From NCBI RefSeq assembly GCF_006345805.1, contig NC_043008.1, forward strand, positions 40,300,001 through 40,364,000: a stretch of DNA of 64,000 nt, given 5' to 3'. Below, piece by piece: positions 1 to 13,681 of the stretch (the first letter of the stretch is position 1; each line of letters opens with the position of its first letter). The notes under the pieces are model-generated. The model searched no databases. It was not told where the DNA came from and was given only the letters and a program-made list of their open reading frames with translations. The position numbers and the translations under genes were made by a program. The DNA is from Octopus sinensis. Its lineage: Eukaryota.

Positions 1-159
1 ACCCCCGCAGAATTTGAGCTCAGAAGGCCAAGACGGAAGAAATGCCGCAATGTAGTTTATTCGGCATTCTGATAATTCCGCCAGATTGTCGTCATGCATC
101 CTGGTGCACTATTTCACGCAAGGTAAAGAATATTTGACTTCAACCTTGATGTGTTTCAG

Positions 160-602
160 TCAACGCAAGAAAAAGTGTGGGTTCAGCCACCACAAAGAGG
201 TCAGTTCTACTGCTAACATTAAGATCTCTATGAAAATCAAATAGCATAAAGCAGAAATATTAAAACATACTTCGAGACTTCCAGCTTCTATAAGCAGATT
301 ATAAATTCCAATTATGCCAATAAGAATTTGTGCACATGGCCTAGTAATTAAATGATGAATTGTGCAATCTAATGTTTGCAGAAAAAGAAATTATCCGACA
401 AGTTCGCACGTTACGAATACAATTTGTAAGTGAAGGAGTAAAGATATGTACTATGTCTTCCCAAATTTCGAATATGACATCGTGTTTGTTGTGTCCATTC
501 CAGCAGTGGAACCTTGTATCTTAGTTAGAAAGTAGTTCCTTTTTCAGGTGAAAAACTGAAATCATTAAAAGCAGAAGAGAAGACGCGCGCTCACACAGTT
601 AA
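160..602 (+). CDS. Candidate three small exons (160-199, 382-425, 548-602) of an unidentified gene or lncRNA
   Basis: Alternating acceptor/donor sites: tttcag|..|gtcagt, ttgcag|..|gtaagt, tttcag|..|gtatgt. The spliced product is open in one frame (NARKSVGSATTKRKRNYPTSSHVTNTICEKLKSLKAEEKTRAHTV). No homology recognised; could be chance. Confidence 0.25.
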
Positions 603-621
603 GTATGTGTATACATACATA

Positions 622-1494
622 CATGGTCTGATCAATGGATGTTATCATAGTTAGTAACGAAGGTAAAGCCCGCAGAGTCAAGACGCTTAGCACAGATTAA
701 CCTTGAGCTCAGGAGTGCTTGAGTACCACCTTCTAACGTTTTAGCTGACTTCTGCTGTTTTACAACAGTGTTTGGAAGAACGCGTGTAGCTTGCGATCGT
801 CGCATTGACACAGACAAAGTTGAGCAGAGAATGTACATCAAATTTCGTCGAATGCATAGCGATACCTGCTCAGAGACCTACATCAAGTTTTCAAACAATT
901 TCCATCGGTCTTTACACGTTGAAGGAAATCTTGTGCAACTGAAACCTCACTATCTTTACGGTCAGCTGAAAGCAGCTTTGATACAAAATTGGCAAACACG
1001 CGTCTCATACCCAATACTTCAGTGATAATGGACTGATCTGAACCGAAACTGATCTGCAATTCCTGTTATAACTCACGGATGGTGATTCGACGATTTCCCC
1101 TTACAGCTGCACGCAAATCAGCGATGATTTTCTCAGTTCTTCTGGTTGCCGGTCTCCCAGAATGCTTGTCAATAAGGACATTTTATGTCTATCTTGGAAA
1201 CGCCTGAACTTCTCGTACACTTGTGTGTGGCTTGTGCGACCCAGTCCATACACTTTCTGAGTAGGTATCTCCTCGTCAGATTTCTCTGTCATGGTCAATG
1301 CGACCCTCACACTTTACACACCTTCCTCCCAACCACTGTTGTAAACAGCGGAAGTGAGCTAGAACGTTAAAACGTTAAAGCTTAGTGCGCAAGCGCAGCA
1401 GAGATCAAGATCAATCTTTGTCAGGAGGCTTCACTCTGCGTGCTTCAGCTTCGATACTATGGCAACAGGCCTGATACATATCGATTAGGCCGTG
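622..1494. mobile_element. Mariner-derived element built from two opposed 5' ends (fold-back/MITE-like)
   Basis: TA on both sides, inside a (TACA)n tract. About 200-bp imperfect inverted arms. Left arm encodes DKVEQRMYIKF on +. Right arm on - encodes MTEKSDEE..., NRRITIREL-QELQISFGSDQSIITEVLGMRRVFANFVSKLL (mariner HTH and WVPxxL-like linker). Confidence 0.8.
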
Positions 1495-1626
1495 TACATA
1501 CATACATACATACATACATACATACATACATACATACATACAGACAGACAGACAGACAGTGATATGCATAGATAGATAGATAGATGCGTAGATAGATATA
1601 TGTACAAGTGTGTGTGTGTGTGTGTA
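1495..1626. repeat. Compound microsatellite (TACA)n/(GACA)n/(GATA)n/(TG)n
   Basis: Direct reading. Confidence 0.95.
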
Positions 1627-2340
1627 TACGCAATGTGACCGAAAGAGAGTCAATGATCATTTGTGTATTTAAGTTTATTTCCATATTAAACAAAGTTGTT
1701 TACACGTGGTAAAATGTTGACAACATTACATTTGCTATTGAGCGGTGGGGCAGGCATGCTAATATGATTAGTGTTATATGTTCAGTCAGAGGCATCCTGT
1801 ATGAGTGTCCTCAGGAATATGAATAGCTTTTGCCAAAATGAATCTAACATAGTCAAATTAAATCTAACATATCGTCTTATGATCTGCATGAAAGTTTCAC
1901 GACACTTCTTTTGTCATTCATGCCCGTTTCAAACACCATACTAAAGCCATGGCTGCTGCTGTTTTTCTGTCGGTAAGAGATATGAAAATGCTCAATGAAC
2001 ATGTATGATAATCTTCATTGATCACTGTGTCATTTCAAGCAGATTGTCTTCGAAGTTCAGTGTAAACACACCCAAGCGAGTATCAGATATGTCTAAGTGA
2101 GAAATTGCGATATTCTATGTAATAGCTGAATTATTACTTTAAGCATTTCACATTTGAACATAGCCTCAATAACTAAATAATTGCTGTTACAAAGTAAGCT
2201 TTCTTGTCTTTCTAACGATACTCATTAGTGGAGCATCACGATGATTTCTCATTACAGAGTCGTTTAGAAATAAACAGCAAACAATTACAGCAAACAATTA
2301 CTTCAGCTGTGACCATATTTCCGTTTTTGCCTTCCAATAG

Positions 2341-2433
2341 TTGCTGACTTGTATGGAATAATTATGGAAAACAGAGAATATTTTAAGGGACTTTCTCAAT
2401 ATGATATTCAATTTGTCAGAGATGTCCATTTTA
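2341..2433 (+). CDS. Candidate 93-nt phase 1-1 exon, product unknown
   Basis: Polypyrimidine acceptor ccgtttttgccttccaatag, donor gtaagt, and only one open frame (ADLYGIIMENREYFKGLSQYDIQFVRDVHF). Protein not recognised. Confidence 0.3.
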
Positions 2434-2513
2434 GTAAGTTGTTCCCTGATTAATCTCGATTTGTGAAGAAAAAACAACACTTTGCGATTAAGAATATTTT
2501 CCCATAGAACTGG

Positions 2514-2559
<46 letters not shown>

Positions 2560-2574
2560 TATATATATATATGC

Positions 2575-2705
2575 ACACACGAAAGGCCTCTTCCAGTCTC
2601 CGTCTACCATATCCACTCGCAAGGATTTGGTTGACTCTAGGCTATAGCAGGAGACACTTGCACAAGCTGCCAAGCAGTGGAACTGAACCCGGATCCATGT
2701 GTAAA
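2575..2705 (-). mobile_element. tRNA-derived SINE family B, partial head
   Basis: Degenerate match to the 39540-39704 head (..ccaaatccactcacaa..ggctatag..gacacttg..gaacccgg). Confidence 0.8.
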
Positions 2706-3059
2706 TCAGAATTCGTTGCCATAGCGTAACATAAATGTCCTGTTTGTCCCCAATGAACGTATGATAGATTTAACACGACCCCCTCCTCTTGTTTCTTATT
2801 TAGGTAATCTGTAACAATATAGTACTATGCATGTCACAATACTAACATATCATAAAAACAACGAGTGTAAAATTGAAGAATTCAGATTATCATTTCAGTA
2901 GTGTGGGCATATTATGTTTCTGCAGCAGAAATAACGTTGTTATATATAATAGGCATGAATCTCATTGTGGATATAATAAAGATGAAGCTTCTTTGTTGAA
3001 TCATATAGATTCATAGAGCAGATTTCCCAGATTTTCTGGCGCCGCAGGGTTCCTTACGT

Positions 3060-3180
3060 CTTCCAGCTGAGTTGAATGGAGGAATGTGAAATGAAGCGTT
3101 TTTCTCAAGAACACAATGTATCACCCAGGCCAGGATTCGAAACCACAACGTTACGACCACGAACCTAGAACACTAAACAA
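3060..3180 (-). mobile_element. tRNA-type SINE family C fragment
   Basis: The - strand reads gtggtttcgaatcctgg (B-box-like) then cattgtgttcttgagaaaaacgcttcatttcacattcctcc. A related fragment lies near 50020-50105. Confidence 0.55.
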
Positions 3181-3433
3181 GAATCCACGCACCGCCACAA
3201 TAACAGTTTGTCATCACCACCGATAATTTGAATAAGCAACATAAAAATAAGATAAAAACATGGTTTAACGGCGGAGGTAAATTAGATGAACCAATTAAAC
3301 AGTAATACCACGCTCTTTCATTAACTCCATCGATAATTACGTAAGCATTTGATGAAAATTTCAACAGCAATAAACCTGAAGCTATGTCAGATTTGTAAAC
3401 AGTACTATGTCAGATTTGTAAACAGTACAGCAA

Positions 3434-4301
3434 TCAGAAGTGGTACCAAAGCGTTTCCGAACAAATTTTGTAGTGCGCCAACAAAGGGCAGCATACGGTC
3501 GTGTGAGCAGTGAACGATAGTAGAGACCGCGTGACGTCACTCTGTCGTCAAATTTGTGTTTTTGTGATCAGGTGCATGGTGTAGCCTGCGATTTTTGTCA
3601 TGGACAGAAAGTTGGAAGAAAGAGCCAACATAAAATTTCGTGTTAAAGTTGGGAGGCTTGTTATAAAACCATTGAGCATGCGGTGGCAAGCTTACAGCAA
3701 TGAGGAAATGGGGCGCACGCAATGTTTCGAGTGGCACGGGCGCTTCAAATGTGTAAAAACGTCTCTGGAAGATGATTAGCGACCTGGAAGACGATAAGCG
3801 ATCTGAAAGATCTACTAAGAGTGGCACTCTGCGAAATACGGAGGAGATTTCATCAGCTCATCATGAGAATCGTCCGGAGAAAATTAAGGACGCTTTGAAG
3901 AGTTTGAGAGAGGCTGGTCGGCGAAGCGAAGGATCTGCGGAGCACGAAGAATTCGATTCTTCAAGGTGACAATATACCCTGTCACTGAGGTCTCTTCACT
4001 CGTGAGTTTCTCAACAAAAGCAATATGGCGTCGCTTCCACACCCGCTCTATCCACCAGATTCAGCACTTGCGGACTTTGATTTCATTCCCAAGATGAAAA
4101 TGCAGCTCAAAAGTTACAGTGTTAACACCTTTGTACAGATCAAGAGCGAATCGTAAAACTTCCTCAACTCGCTTAAGGAAAACGATCCCCAGTACAGTTT
4201 CCTAAATTGGCAGGAACGCTGGGGCCGATGCATTGCAGTACAAAGAAATTATTTCGAAGGAGTAAGTAAATAGTCCGGGAACGTTTTGATAACACCCTGT
4301 A
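3434..4301 (+). mobile_element. Internally deleted mariner transposon (pseudogenised transposase)
   Basis: ATG at 3600: MDRKLEERANIKFRVK..MGRTQCFEWHGRFK..SLEDD*RPGR. The 3' part encodes GDN, HPLYPPDSALADF (YSPDLAP-like) and WQERWGRCIAVQRNYFEG. Right TIR tccgggaacgttttgataacaccctg-TA; left TIR degraded. Confidence 0.9.
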
Positions 4302-4867
4302 CATTTTTTCCAACATGAATTGAATATTAGTTATGTCCTTAATAGCAATATTTGCAAATAATGTGTGTGCGTGCGTGTGGTAGTTGTTATACTCGTATGT
4401 ATTTTAGCTAAATGTATAATATACACGAATGTATGTTTGATTGTCCACCCATGAGTTTGAGCGAGGTTTTGTGTCGTGGTGTGCAAGTGGGAATATGTTT
4501 GAATTACTGAAAATATTTTGCACCACCCTAAACAACAATAATAATGAAATTAATATGCATATAGCATATATGCTGATATTTCTCACCTCTTAAACTACAT
4601 CATATACATATGCTATTTTTATCTATTGCTATTTATCAACAATGATTTCTACTTAATCTTCCATACCTCCTCGCAGTCCTCTTTACAGTTTTTCCTATAT
4701 GTATGTATATATGTGTTTGTAAACACTCTGCGCCTCCCTAATCATGACCAGATGACCATCTGGGAAAACTGCGCGCAGAAACAGAAACGGAAACAAACGA
4801 GGCGTACACGCATTGGTCATTTCATTTATTTCTAACATATAGATCTGTCTTTTGCGCCCGTTGAATC

Positions 4868-5118
<251 letters not shown>

Positions 5119-5158
5119 TGTACACACACGCACGCACGCACACACACACACACACACA

Positions 5159-5235
<77 letters not shown>

Positions 5236-5391
5236 ACATACGAATAAACACACGCATACACACTCATACAAACTTACTCACACCTACACGCCCACACACG
5301 TATATATATATATATATATAATATATATATATATACATACATATATATGCATACATATATATACATTCATACCCTCAAACCTATATATATA

Positions 5392-5437
<46 letters not shown>

Positions 5438-5968
5438 GTCTGTATATCTGTATATATGTGGGTACAAGCGTATACATGTGTTTATGTATGCGTGTGTAGG
5501 TGTGAAAGCATCGTGTGTCTGATATTTGGGTTGTACGTGATTTTACTTCTTTAACCTTATCAAGAAATGGATGGTATAAGATTTCAAAAATCTTTAATTA
5601 AAATCTCTACTGTTTAATCTTATAAATTAAATTGGTCTAATGCTCGAAAAGCCACGATTCAGAGAAAACGCTTGCTAGTAAGCAACTCCTAAATTTTTTT
5701 GATTTTTTTTTTATATGCATCTCCTAACAATTTCTTACAATTGTTGTGGTTCATCTTCTTCTTTTTTTTTCCTTTTTACTTCTACCTCCACTCTATTTTT
5801 CTTGGTTCCCTTATGCTTCGTTTTCTCTTTCTTCTTCTACTACAGTTCCTTCTCTTCCTTCTACTTCATTTTCTTTTGTCATACTTAATTTTATAGCTAC
5901 CGTTGTTGTCTTTCTTGTTGTTGGTCTTGTTCTTTATTATTATTACTATTATTATTATTATTATATTA

Positions 5969-6010
<42 letters not shown>

Positions 6011-6206
6011 GTTATTATTATTACTATTATCATTATTGTTTAATGGAGGTTTCTCTTTTGATTTTCAGCAAGAAGAAACACAAAACAACTGATTTATTTT
6101 CCCCACCATTTCATTTACGTTTGAATGAAATAATCACATTACAATTTTAAATTCCAATAAAGAGCGGAGTAAGCAGAATCTAAAGTATAAATACGCAAAC
6201 ATGTGT

Positions 6207-6390
<184 letters not shown>

Positions 6391-7377
6391 TGAATATAAA
6401 TGTATGTATATGTGTATATGTTTGTGTGTTTATATACATATATGTATGTATATCTATACATGTATATATGTTTATATATACATGTGCATACAATACAGAT
6501 GCGTGTATAAACAAAAGGAATTATATGTGCAACAAACAAAGGATATTGGAAATTAACCAATGGTTGGAATAAAAGCAACAATTTATTATAAACAATCAAA
6601 GACAATGAAACGTTACCATTTTATAAACAAACAAGTTAAAAAGCGAATAATTAAAAATGTAGTAAAAAAAAATAGAAAAGCAAAATAATCTTCTCCTTTG
6701 TTTCATTCTTTCATTTCGCTGTTAGGTAGAAATAATAATTACACGATTAATTAACATAATAGGGGAATATACAAAACACAGCAATAAAAATAATTGTAGT
6801 AAATATATGATGTTATGAAGTTGAAGCAGGGAAGTGAATTAAATTACTTTTGATAAACTTTCTACGTTAATTTTCGTGTACTTTATTTTCCTTTACTTTG
6901 TTGAATATTCAAACATACAAAGTTGTTGTTGTTTTTTTTAAATAACAACAATACCAACAATATAACTGTGAGAGATGAATAACTGAACAGAGAAAGAATA
7001 ATAGATTTGTTACCTAAGTGATGTATTTTAATCAAACCCCCCACCAAAAAAAAAAAAAAAACAATTCCAGCTGCTTAGTTGCTTCCATTTATGTTTGGAT
7101 GTAATTTTTAAAACAAATTTGAGCCTTCGATTTTATTTGTAATAAATATTTCTAGTAGATATAGAAAACGAAGCATTTAACTTGCATTTTATAGAATAAA
7201 CACGCACATAAGCCATAGACATGCATATCGTAAAAAAACGCACATACTGATATATATATATATATGTATATGTACAAACAACCAAACTAACAGGTAGACA
7301 CATAGATATATATGTACGTATGCATGTATCTATGCATGTATGTGTGTGTGGTATATATATAAATATATATGTGTCTG

Positions 7378-7424
<47 letters not shown>

Positions 7425-8819
7425 CTATACATGTATATGTATATAGATATATATGTGTATATATATATGCATGGATGTATACATACTTCTATGTATTTAT
7501 GTATGTGTGTGTATATGTTTGTGTGTGTAGATAGAGAGATCGATATATGTACCCATACACACAAACATATATATATATACACATGTCTCTGAGTGTGGGT
7601 GTATGCATCACCTTCAATACCACGAGTGCAAGTGTACCAACGCGCACAAAGGTATTGAGATGCATAAATATTAGGACACAGTATAGATAAAAGGAAACAA
7701 TTTAGATAGTAAACACCAAGAGTTATTGTGATTGAAGCAAACCGGCGTTGAGATTTTGATATTGGCTAACTAGAATCATGTAACTTCTATATTTAATTAT
7801 ATTACAAACAAACACTCATGTGAGCACAGGAAATGATACTCAGACACACACACGCACACAGACACACATACGCAAACATATAGTTGTATATGTAATCAAA
7901 ACACTTTAGTTTCGAAACGGGTACGTTACTAATCAGAGTCGTGTTGATTCATTATTTTTCACTTAGCCTGCGTAAAAAATATGTTACTGTCGTGGAGATT
8001 CTTATAGTGGTAGAAAAGTAAATTTTAGCTCCTATTTCTAAATTCAGTATGTTTATAATTATAGAATATATATATGTATGCATGTATGTATGTATGTATG
8101 TATGTATGTATGTAGTATGTATGTATGTATGTATGTATGTATGTATGTATGTATGTATTATACTTTAAGTAGTTTACTTCCGTCCACAGAACTTTTTTGT
8201 ATAAGAAGCATGTTTTTTTTTTAATACTGAAATCCCGACAAACATGCATCGTTCAATCACGGGTATCTACGTTTATATATAGCATAGGTCATGGCCCATA
8301 TGTAAATTCTCCGACTATTTGTATTTTCCAGTAGAAAACGCTTTCATAACTTCCGTAATAGGTTTAATACTTTCATGTATAACATGAAGCTTCTTTTCCT
8401 TATGTATAGAGAATTTATACTGTTTTAATTTATGCATGAAGTTATCAGTATATCATGGTCTTGAACTATTAACTATTATTAAACCAATGATAGCTGGTGA
8501 CATGACTAGTCGCTGAAACTTTAGAATGTCTCGAGATGATACTTAAATACTCCCAATAATATTATGTGATATATTTTATCATACTTTAGAGTATGTTGGC
8601 GTTTTCTTCCTTTTTTTTTGCATTAACTTTCAAAAACATAACTTTAAGTGATTTATTGAATGACTGCCTCCCCCCATGCCTTTATCCTTCATCGTTTTAT
8701 ACGCTACACAATTATAATGCCCACAACGTTTATATACCTATGAATTAATCAAGTAACTGTGATTATTTCAGGTGATTATATGTGTATATGTGTGTGTGCG
8801 TGCGTGCGCATATATATAT

Positions 8820-8873
<54 letters not shown>

Positions 8874-8925
8874 GAAATTTACAGAAAATAAAAAAAATCG
8901 AAGACAAGTGTATAATCAACAAGCA

Positions 8926-9248
8926 ACGGCGAGCTGGTAGAAACGTTAGCGCGACGGGCGAAATGCTTAGCGGTATTTCGTCTGCCACTACGTTCTGAGT
9001 TCAAATTCCGCCGAGGTCGACATTGCCTTTCATCCTTTCGCGGTCGATTGAATAAGTAGCAATTACGCACTGGGGTCGATATAATCGACTTAACCCGTTT
9101 GTCTGTCCTTGTTCGCCCCCTCTGTGTTTAGCCCCTTGTGGGTAGTAAAGAAATACCTATTTTCTCATACCACTACGTTCTGAGTTAAAATTCTGCCGAG
9201 GTCCACTTTGCCTTTCATACTTTCGGGGTCGATTAAATAAGTACTAGG
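8926..9248 (+). mobile_element. tRNA-derived SINE family A with internal partial duplication
   Basis: Head ggcgagctggtagaaacgttagc (A-box-like), gagttcaaattcc (B-box-like), then gcctttcatcctttc..gtcga central domain. The B-box/central segment recurs at about 9170-9245. Confidence 0.85.
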
Positions 9249-9264
9249 TGTATTCAAGAAATAG

Positions 9265-9370
9265 GTGTATTTGTTTGACGGTTGGGAAGGTGAGAAAGTC
9301 TTTTACATTTCGAGCCTACGGTCTTTAACAGAAAAGAAGACGTGTAAATAAAGAGAGAGAATAAAAAGTA
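9265..9370 (-). mobile_element. Remnant of a dispersed repeat with a degenerate hammerhead-like motif (same family as 43960-44113)
   Basis: The - strand reads tcttttctgttaaagaccgtaggctcgaaatgtaaaagac, homologous to 43985-44050. Confidence 0.5.
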
Positions 9371-11344
9371 ACTTGTGGATTTAACGATTAAGGATATATG
9401 TCTATGTATGTGTGTGTGTATGGTGTGTGTGCGTATGCATGTATATATATATAAGTGAATGTACAATACAGTCACTAGTGGAATTCATTATGCTCGGACT
9501 AATTGTCAGAAGGAACTCTTTGAACCTATAACTAGAGGCGTAGAAAATAACAAATCTTTAGTACGATGCCTACTAGAGAGTAGTAAATCATTGCGAAATA
9601 TCAATCATAGTATATCTCCACACCAGTTGCGAGATAGGTATATATCACTTTGTTCGGTGATTGAATTATTTTCAATTCACCAGTTGGGAGAGGCATTTGA
9701 ATCGAGGAGGCATGAGAAACGTAGGGAGAAACGTAGATAGAAATAGTTAACGGTTAGCTTGTGTTCTAATCATAATTCAGAGCGAGATCATAATATATTC
9801 GCTACACGTTTCAAAGATTCAACTGTATTGTCTCATGCTTTGAAGTCATACTATTTGATTACACAATGCTTATGGTTTCATAGTCTTCTGAGTAAACCGC
9901 CACTTACTTCATGTATATTTCGATGCCCTCGTGGTAATTTTATGCCTAGGTCGAAGAAAAATTTCGAAATGAATGAAGGACTATGGTAAGAATTATCAAA
10001 CAAATGAAACACACCGACGGTAAAATCGAAAGAAATATGACTCTACTTTATTGCAAGATAGATTTTCAAATATATCGTATAACGACCGTAAGAGAGGAAG
10101 AAAAATTAAAATGAATTCATGGCGGATTCACTATTTCTGGTTAACTTTTGCTATGATATTGTGATTATTAATTCCTATACGTGTATTACTTATTGCGAAT
10201 TCTCTAACCCTTGCATGCATGATGTATACAAATATAAATATATACATAAATGCATGTAAACACATTCACATTAACACACATATATATTTGTATATATATA
10301 TATATATATACATGTGTGCGTGTGCATATACATAAAATATATACATAAATGAATATTCACATTCACATTCACATTCACATTCACACACACACATATATAT
10401 ATATGTGTGTGTGTGCATATATTTACACATATATGCGTGCGAGTGCGCATTTGTACATTTGTGTGTGTGTGTGTGTATGGGTGTGTGTGCATGTGAGATG
10501 TGTTGTAAGTAATGTAGATGTATGTGTGCTCGGTCGTGTTCTCTACGTCCTATTTTTGCAAGATTTTGCATTTAACTCACCATAGAAATTGAATTGCTAA
10601 GATGTATGAAACAGTTTTCCATCACAAAGGAATAATTCCAACTAAATTGCACCTATTTTATATTTTTAAATTCATGATAGCCATTACATTATTCATTCTT
10701 AAGATATCAAATCGTTTTAGTTTGCACAATTTTCCGCTTCTCTACATCTCTGGTAGTTTCACTTACAATATATCATAACACCTTTCTGGGTTCCAGTTTG
10801 TCATCCATTACCTTCAAATTTAATTTGATATAACATTTCTTTCATATATAAGCAAAAAGGTGAATATATGAACGTCTATTTGTCCCTTTTTAATATTATG
10901 ATATCGGCAAAACTATATATGCAACATTGAAACAGAAATAGAATATAATCAATTTTTCAAAACGGTAATGTGATGAAACGTAGATGTCAAAACAACGGAG
11001 ATGCGAAACGAACGTTAGGATATGTTATGAGATCAAACACATAACGTGCTGGAGATGGAACATTTTAGAAATTATATATTTATGATGGTGTGTGAATATT
11101 CATTTTTATTTTAGCAAATACATTTAGCAGGCAGTACGAAGTATCAAAAAGGAATTTTTGAAAGAGATTTATGATGAAGACTCGTGTTGAGCTATTACGT
11201 TTGATTCAAAAAAGCTAGAATCAGGGACCGGAATTGGTTTACCCACTGCTCGAAACGCTGCCCTCGAGACAAAAATCGATTCCACTATATCGGGTTGTCA
11301 GAGAAATTTATTCGTTTTAATCATACTTTTACTTTTTACTTTTA

Positions 11345-11539
11345 TATTTGCTTCAGTCATGTGACTATGGCCATGCTAGAGCACCGCCTTTAGTCGAGCT
11401 AATCGACCCAAGGACTTATTCTTTGTAAACCTAGTAATTATTCTATCGGTATCTTTTGCCGAACCGCTAACTTACGGGGACGTAAACACACCAGCATCGG
11501 TTGTCAAGTGATGTTGGGGGAACAAACGCAGACACACAT

Positions 11540-11570
<31 letters not shown>

Positions 11571-11667
11571 CATATATACGACGTGCTTCTTTCAGTTTCC
11601 GTCTACTAAATCCACTCACAAGTCTTTGGTCGGCCCGAGGCTATAGTAGAAGACACTTGCCCAAGGT
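11345..11667 (-). mobile_element. SINE family B with internal (CA)/(TA) microsatellite, head truncated
   Basis: Colinear with 39253-39704 and 51355-51724. Confidence 0.9.
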
Positions 11668-11699
11668 GTGTTATTTGAATTGAAATAAAGAATATTTTT

Positions 11700-12025
11700 A
11701 ATTGTGGAGCTTCATTGTTTCTATAACTCAATCCTTCCTCTACAGCTTTGATGTAACGTATTTGAAATAAATGCTATCTCTTTTCAAAGATATGGCGATG
11801 ATGCATGAAATAGGAAAAAATAGCATTTTCAAACCATGTTTCTTGTCGACTTTTAGTTAAGGTTTTAAAGCTGTCAAAGACGATTGAGATGTTTGTGTCG
11901 TGTCATTATTGAAAGCACTGCTCAGAAGGGCTTTCTACGCTTCAAAGAGATAAAATTCGATCTCAAAAACACCCCGCTTTCCGGCCGACCTGTTGAGATC
12001 AATAATGATCGAATGCACCAAATCA
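11700..12025 (+). mobile_element. Mariner 5' fragment (degenerate transposase HTH region)
   Basis: Encodes STAQKGFLRFKEIKFDLKNTPLSGRPVEINNDR, resembling TAQxWFxRFKxGxFDLxDxPRSGRP. Confidence 0.75.
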
Positions 12026-12089
12026 TCAGTATATAAGTGGATTCCAAATACAATATATAAGTGAGTTCCAGCAATATATAAGTGAATTC

Positions 12090-13110
12090 CAAATACAAAT
12101 TCCAGAATTTAACGTAATAGAAACAAGCAGAGAAAAAAGCTATGCGTATGAAAACCCGTGCTTATACTGCTACCTTATATATTCTTACTGATAAATAGCA
12201 AGAAAAACCTGTCCATGGCAAATACCCGAAGAGAGCTAATAATACCGATGTTGACAAAGCCCTTACCTATTAGTGGCTGATGGCTTCTGGCTTAAAATCA
12301 GAGACAGACAGCCCTAGCTCAATGCCTACCGGCCAACATGTTTAACTACGGCAGCTTCCCAACATGTCGTGTATGTCAACAACAAAATGAAACCATTTAC
12401 CATATTGTCTCCATGTGCAGTGTTCCCGCGCCTACAGAGCATCTCAAGAGGCATGATAGAGCTGCACAATATTTTCACTGAGCAATTTCCAAACCCTGGA
12501 CCTGCACCATAAAAAATACTGGTGGGGACACAAGCCACCTCCAGTGCTTGGAAATGAACACATCTCTCTCCTGTGGAACTTCACCATTCAAACCGACAAA
12601 AAGATTGATGTTAATAGGCCGGACGTTATTTTGAATGACTTCAGACAAAAATCATGCCTCGTCATTGATATGACTGTTCCAATCGATATAAATATATATG
12701 TTTCAGACCTACCAAAAACTGAATAATTATAAACATCATGAAATAGAAATTGGCAAAATGTAGAACATGAAGACTAAAACAATACATGTTGTCATAGGTG
12801 TCCTAGAAATGATAGCAAAAGGGACTGATTGCTACCTAGATCAGATAAGAGGAAACCAGAGAATGGCAGAATTTGAAAAGATAGAGCTTACGGGAACTGT
12901 CCATATCCTACGTAAAATACTGTCTATATAATCTCAAATTAAAAGCAAACTCAGAATATTATTATGGTTTCTTAAACATTCTCTAGAACAATGGTCTGTA
13001 CAAAAACCAAATATGGCACCCTAGCTATAACACTAACATGAAATTCTAGCTTGCCACTTGAGGTCTCTGGGTGAGCCAACTTGTACAAATGCAAAGGAAA
13101 AGTCAAGCAT
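12090..13110 (+). mobile_element. 3' fragment of an RLE-type non-LTR retrotransposon (R4/Dong-like), pseudogenised
   Basis: QEKPVHGKY; WLMASGLKSET; C-x2-C-x8-H-x4-C knuckle CRVCQQQNETIYHIVSMC (12365-12418); KRHD; NRPDVI..IDMTVP (PD..D endonuclease); ends HILRKILSI* at 12931. A 3' UTR then runs into (AAT)n. Confidence 0.88.
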
Positions 13111-13250
13111 ATAATAATAATATTAAAAATAACAGCAGTAACAACAACAACAACAGCAACAACAACAATAGTAATAATTATAGTAATGATGATGATGATG
13201 ATGATGATGATAATAATGATGGTATTAGTAAATAAAAAAAATAATAATAA
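13111..13250 (+). repeat. (AAT)/(AAC)/(GAT) trinucleotide tail of the LINE
   Basis: Direct reading, immediately after the 3' UTR. Confidence 0.8.
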
Positions 13251-13481
13251 TAGACTTTTCTTTTAAATGCACAAGGCCTGAAATTTTGGGTAATGATATT
13301 TCATATGGAATCATTAGCAATCTGGTTAAAATCCTAGTGGACGAAATGGCATTTTGTCCGGACTTACATTCTCAGTTCAAATCCCAAATCAGAGCCTCCG
13401 TTCGGTTTTAAATCGCTTTTAGTCATCCATATCTATCTTTTCCTGTCTTTTTATCTTCAATTATTATTATTATTATTATTA

Positions 13482-13525
<44 letters not shown>

Positions 13526-13565
13526 TTAATATCATTATTATTATTATTATCATTATTATTATTAA

Positions 13566-13609
<44 letters not shown>

Positions 13610-13627
13610 TATTGTTATTATTATTAC

Positions 13628-13681
<54 letters not shown>

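Noticed and set aside
3382-3427. 23-bp tandem duplication (others at 63347-63392 and about 62828-62885)
   Set aside because: Ordinary slippage duplications.
8490-8530. ctggtga..gaaac hammerhead-like spacing
   Set aside because: The core is altered, and stems I-III do not form convincingly.
9459-9989. 93-aa and 76-aa complex ORFs
   Set aside because: No recognisable homology or convincing splice sites.
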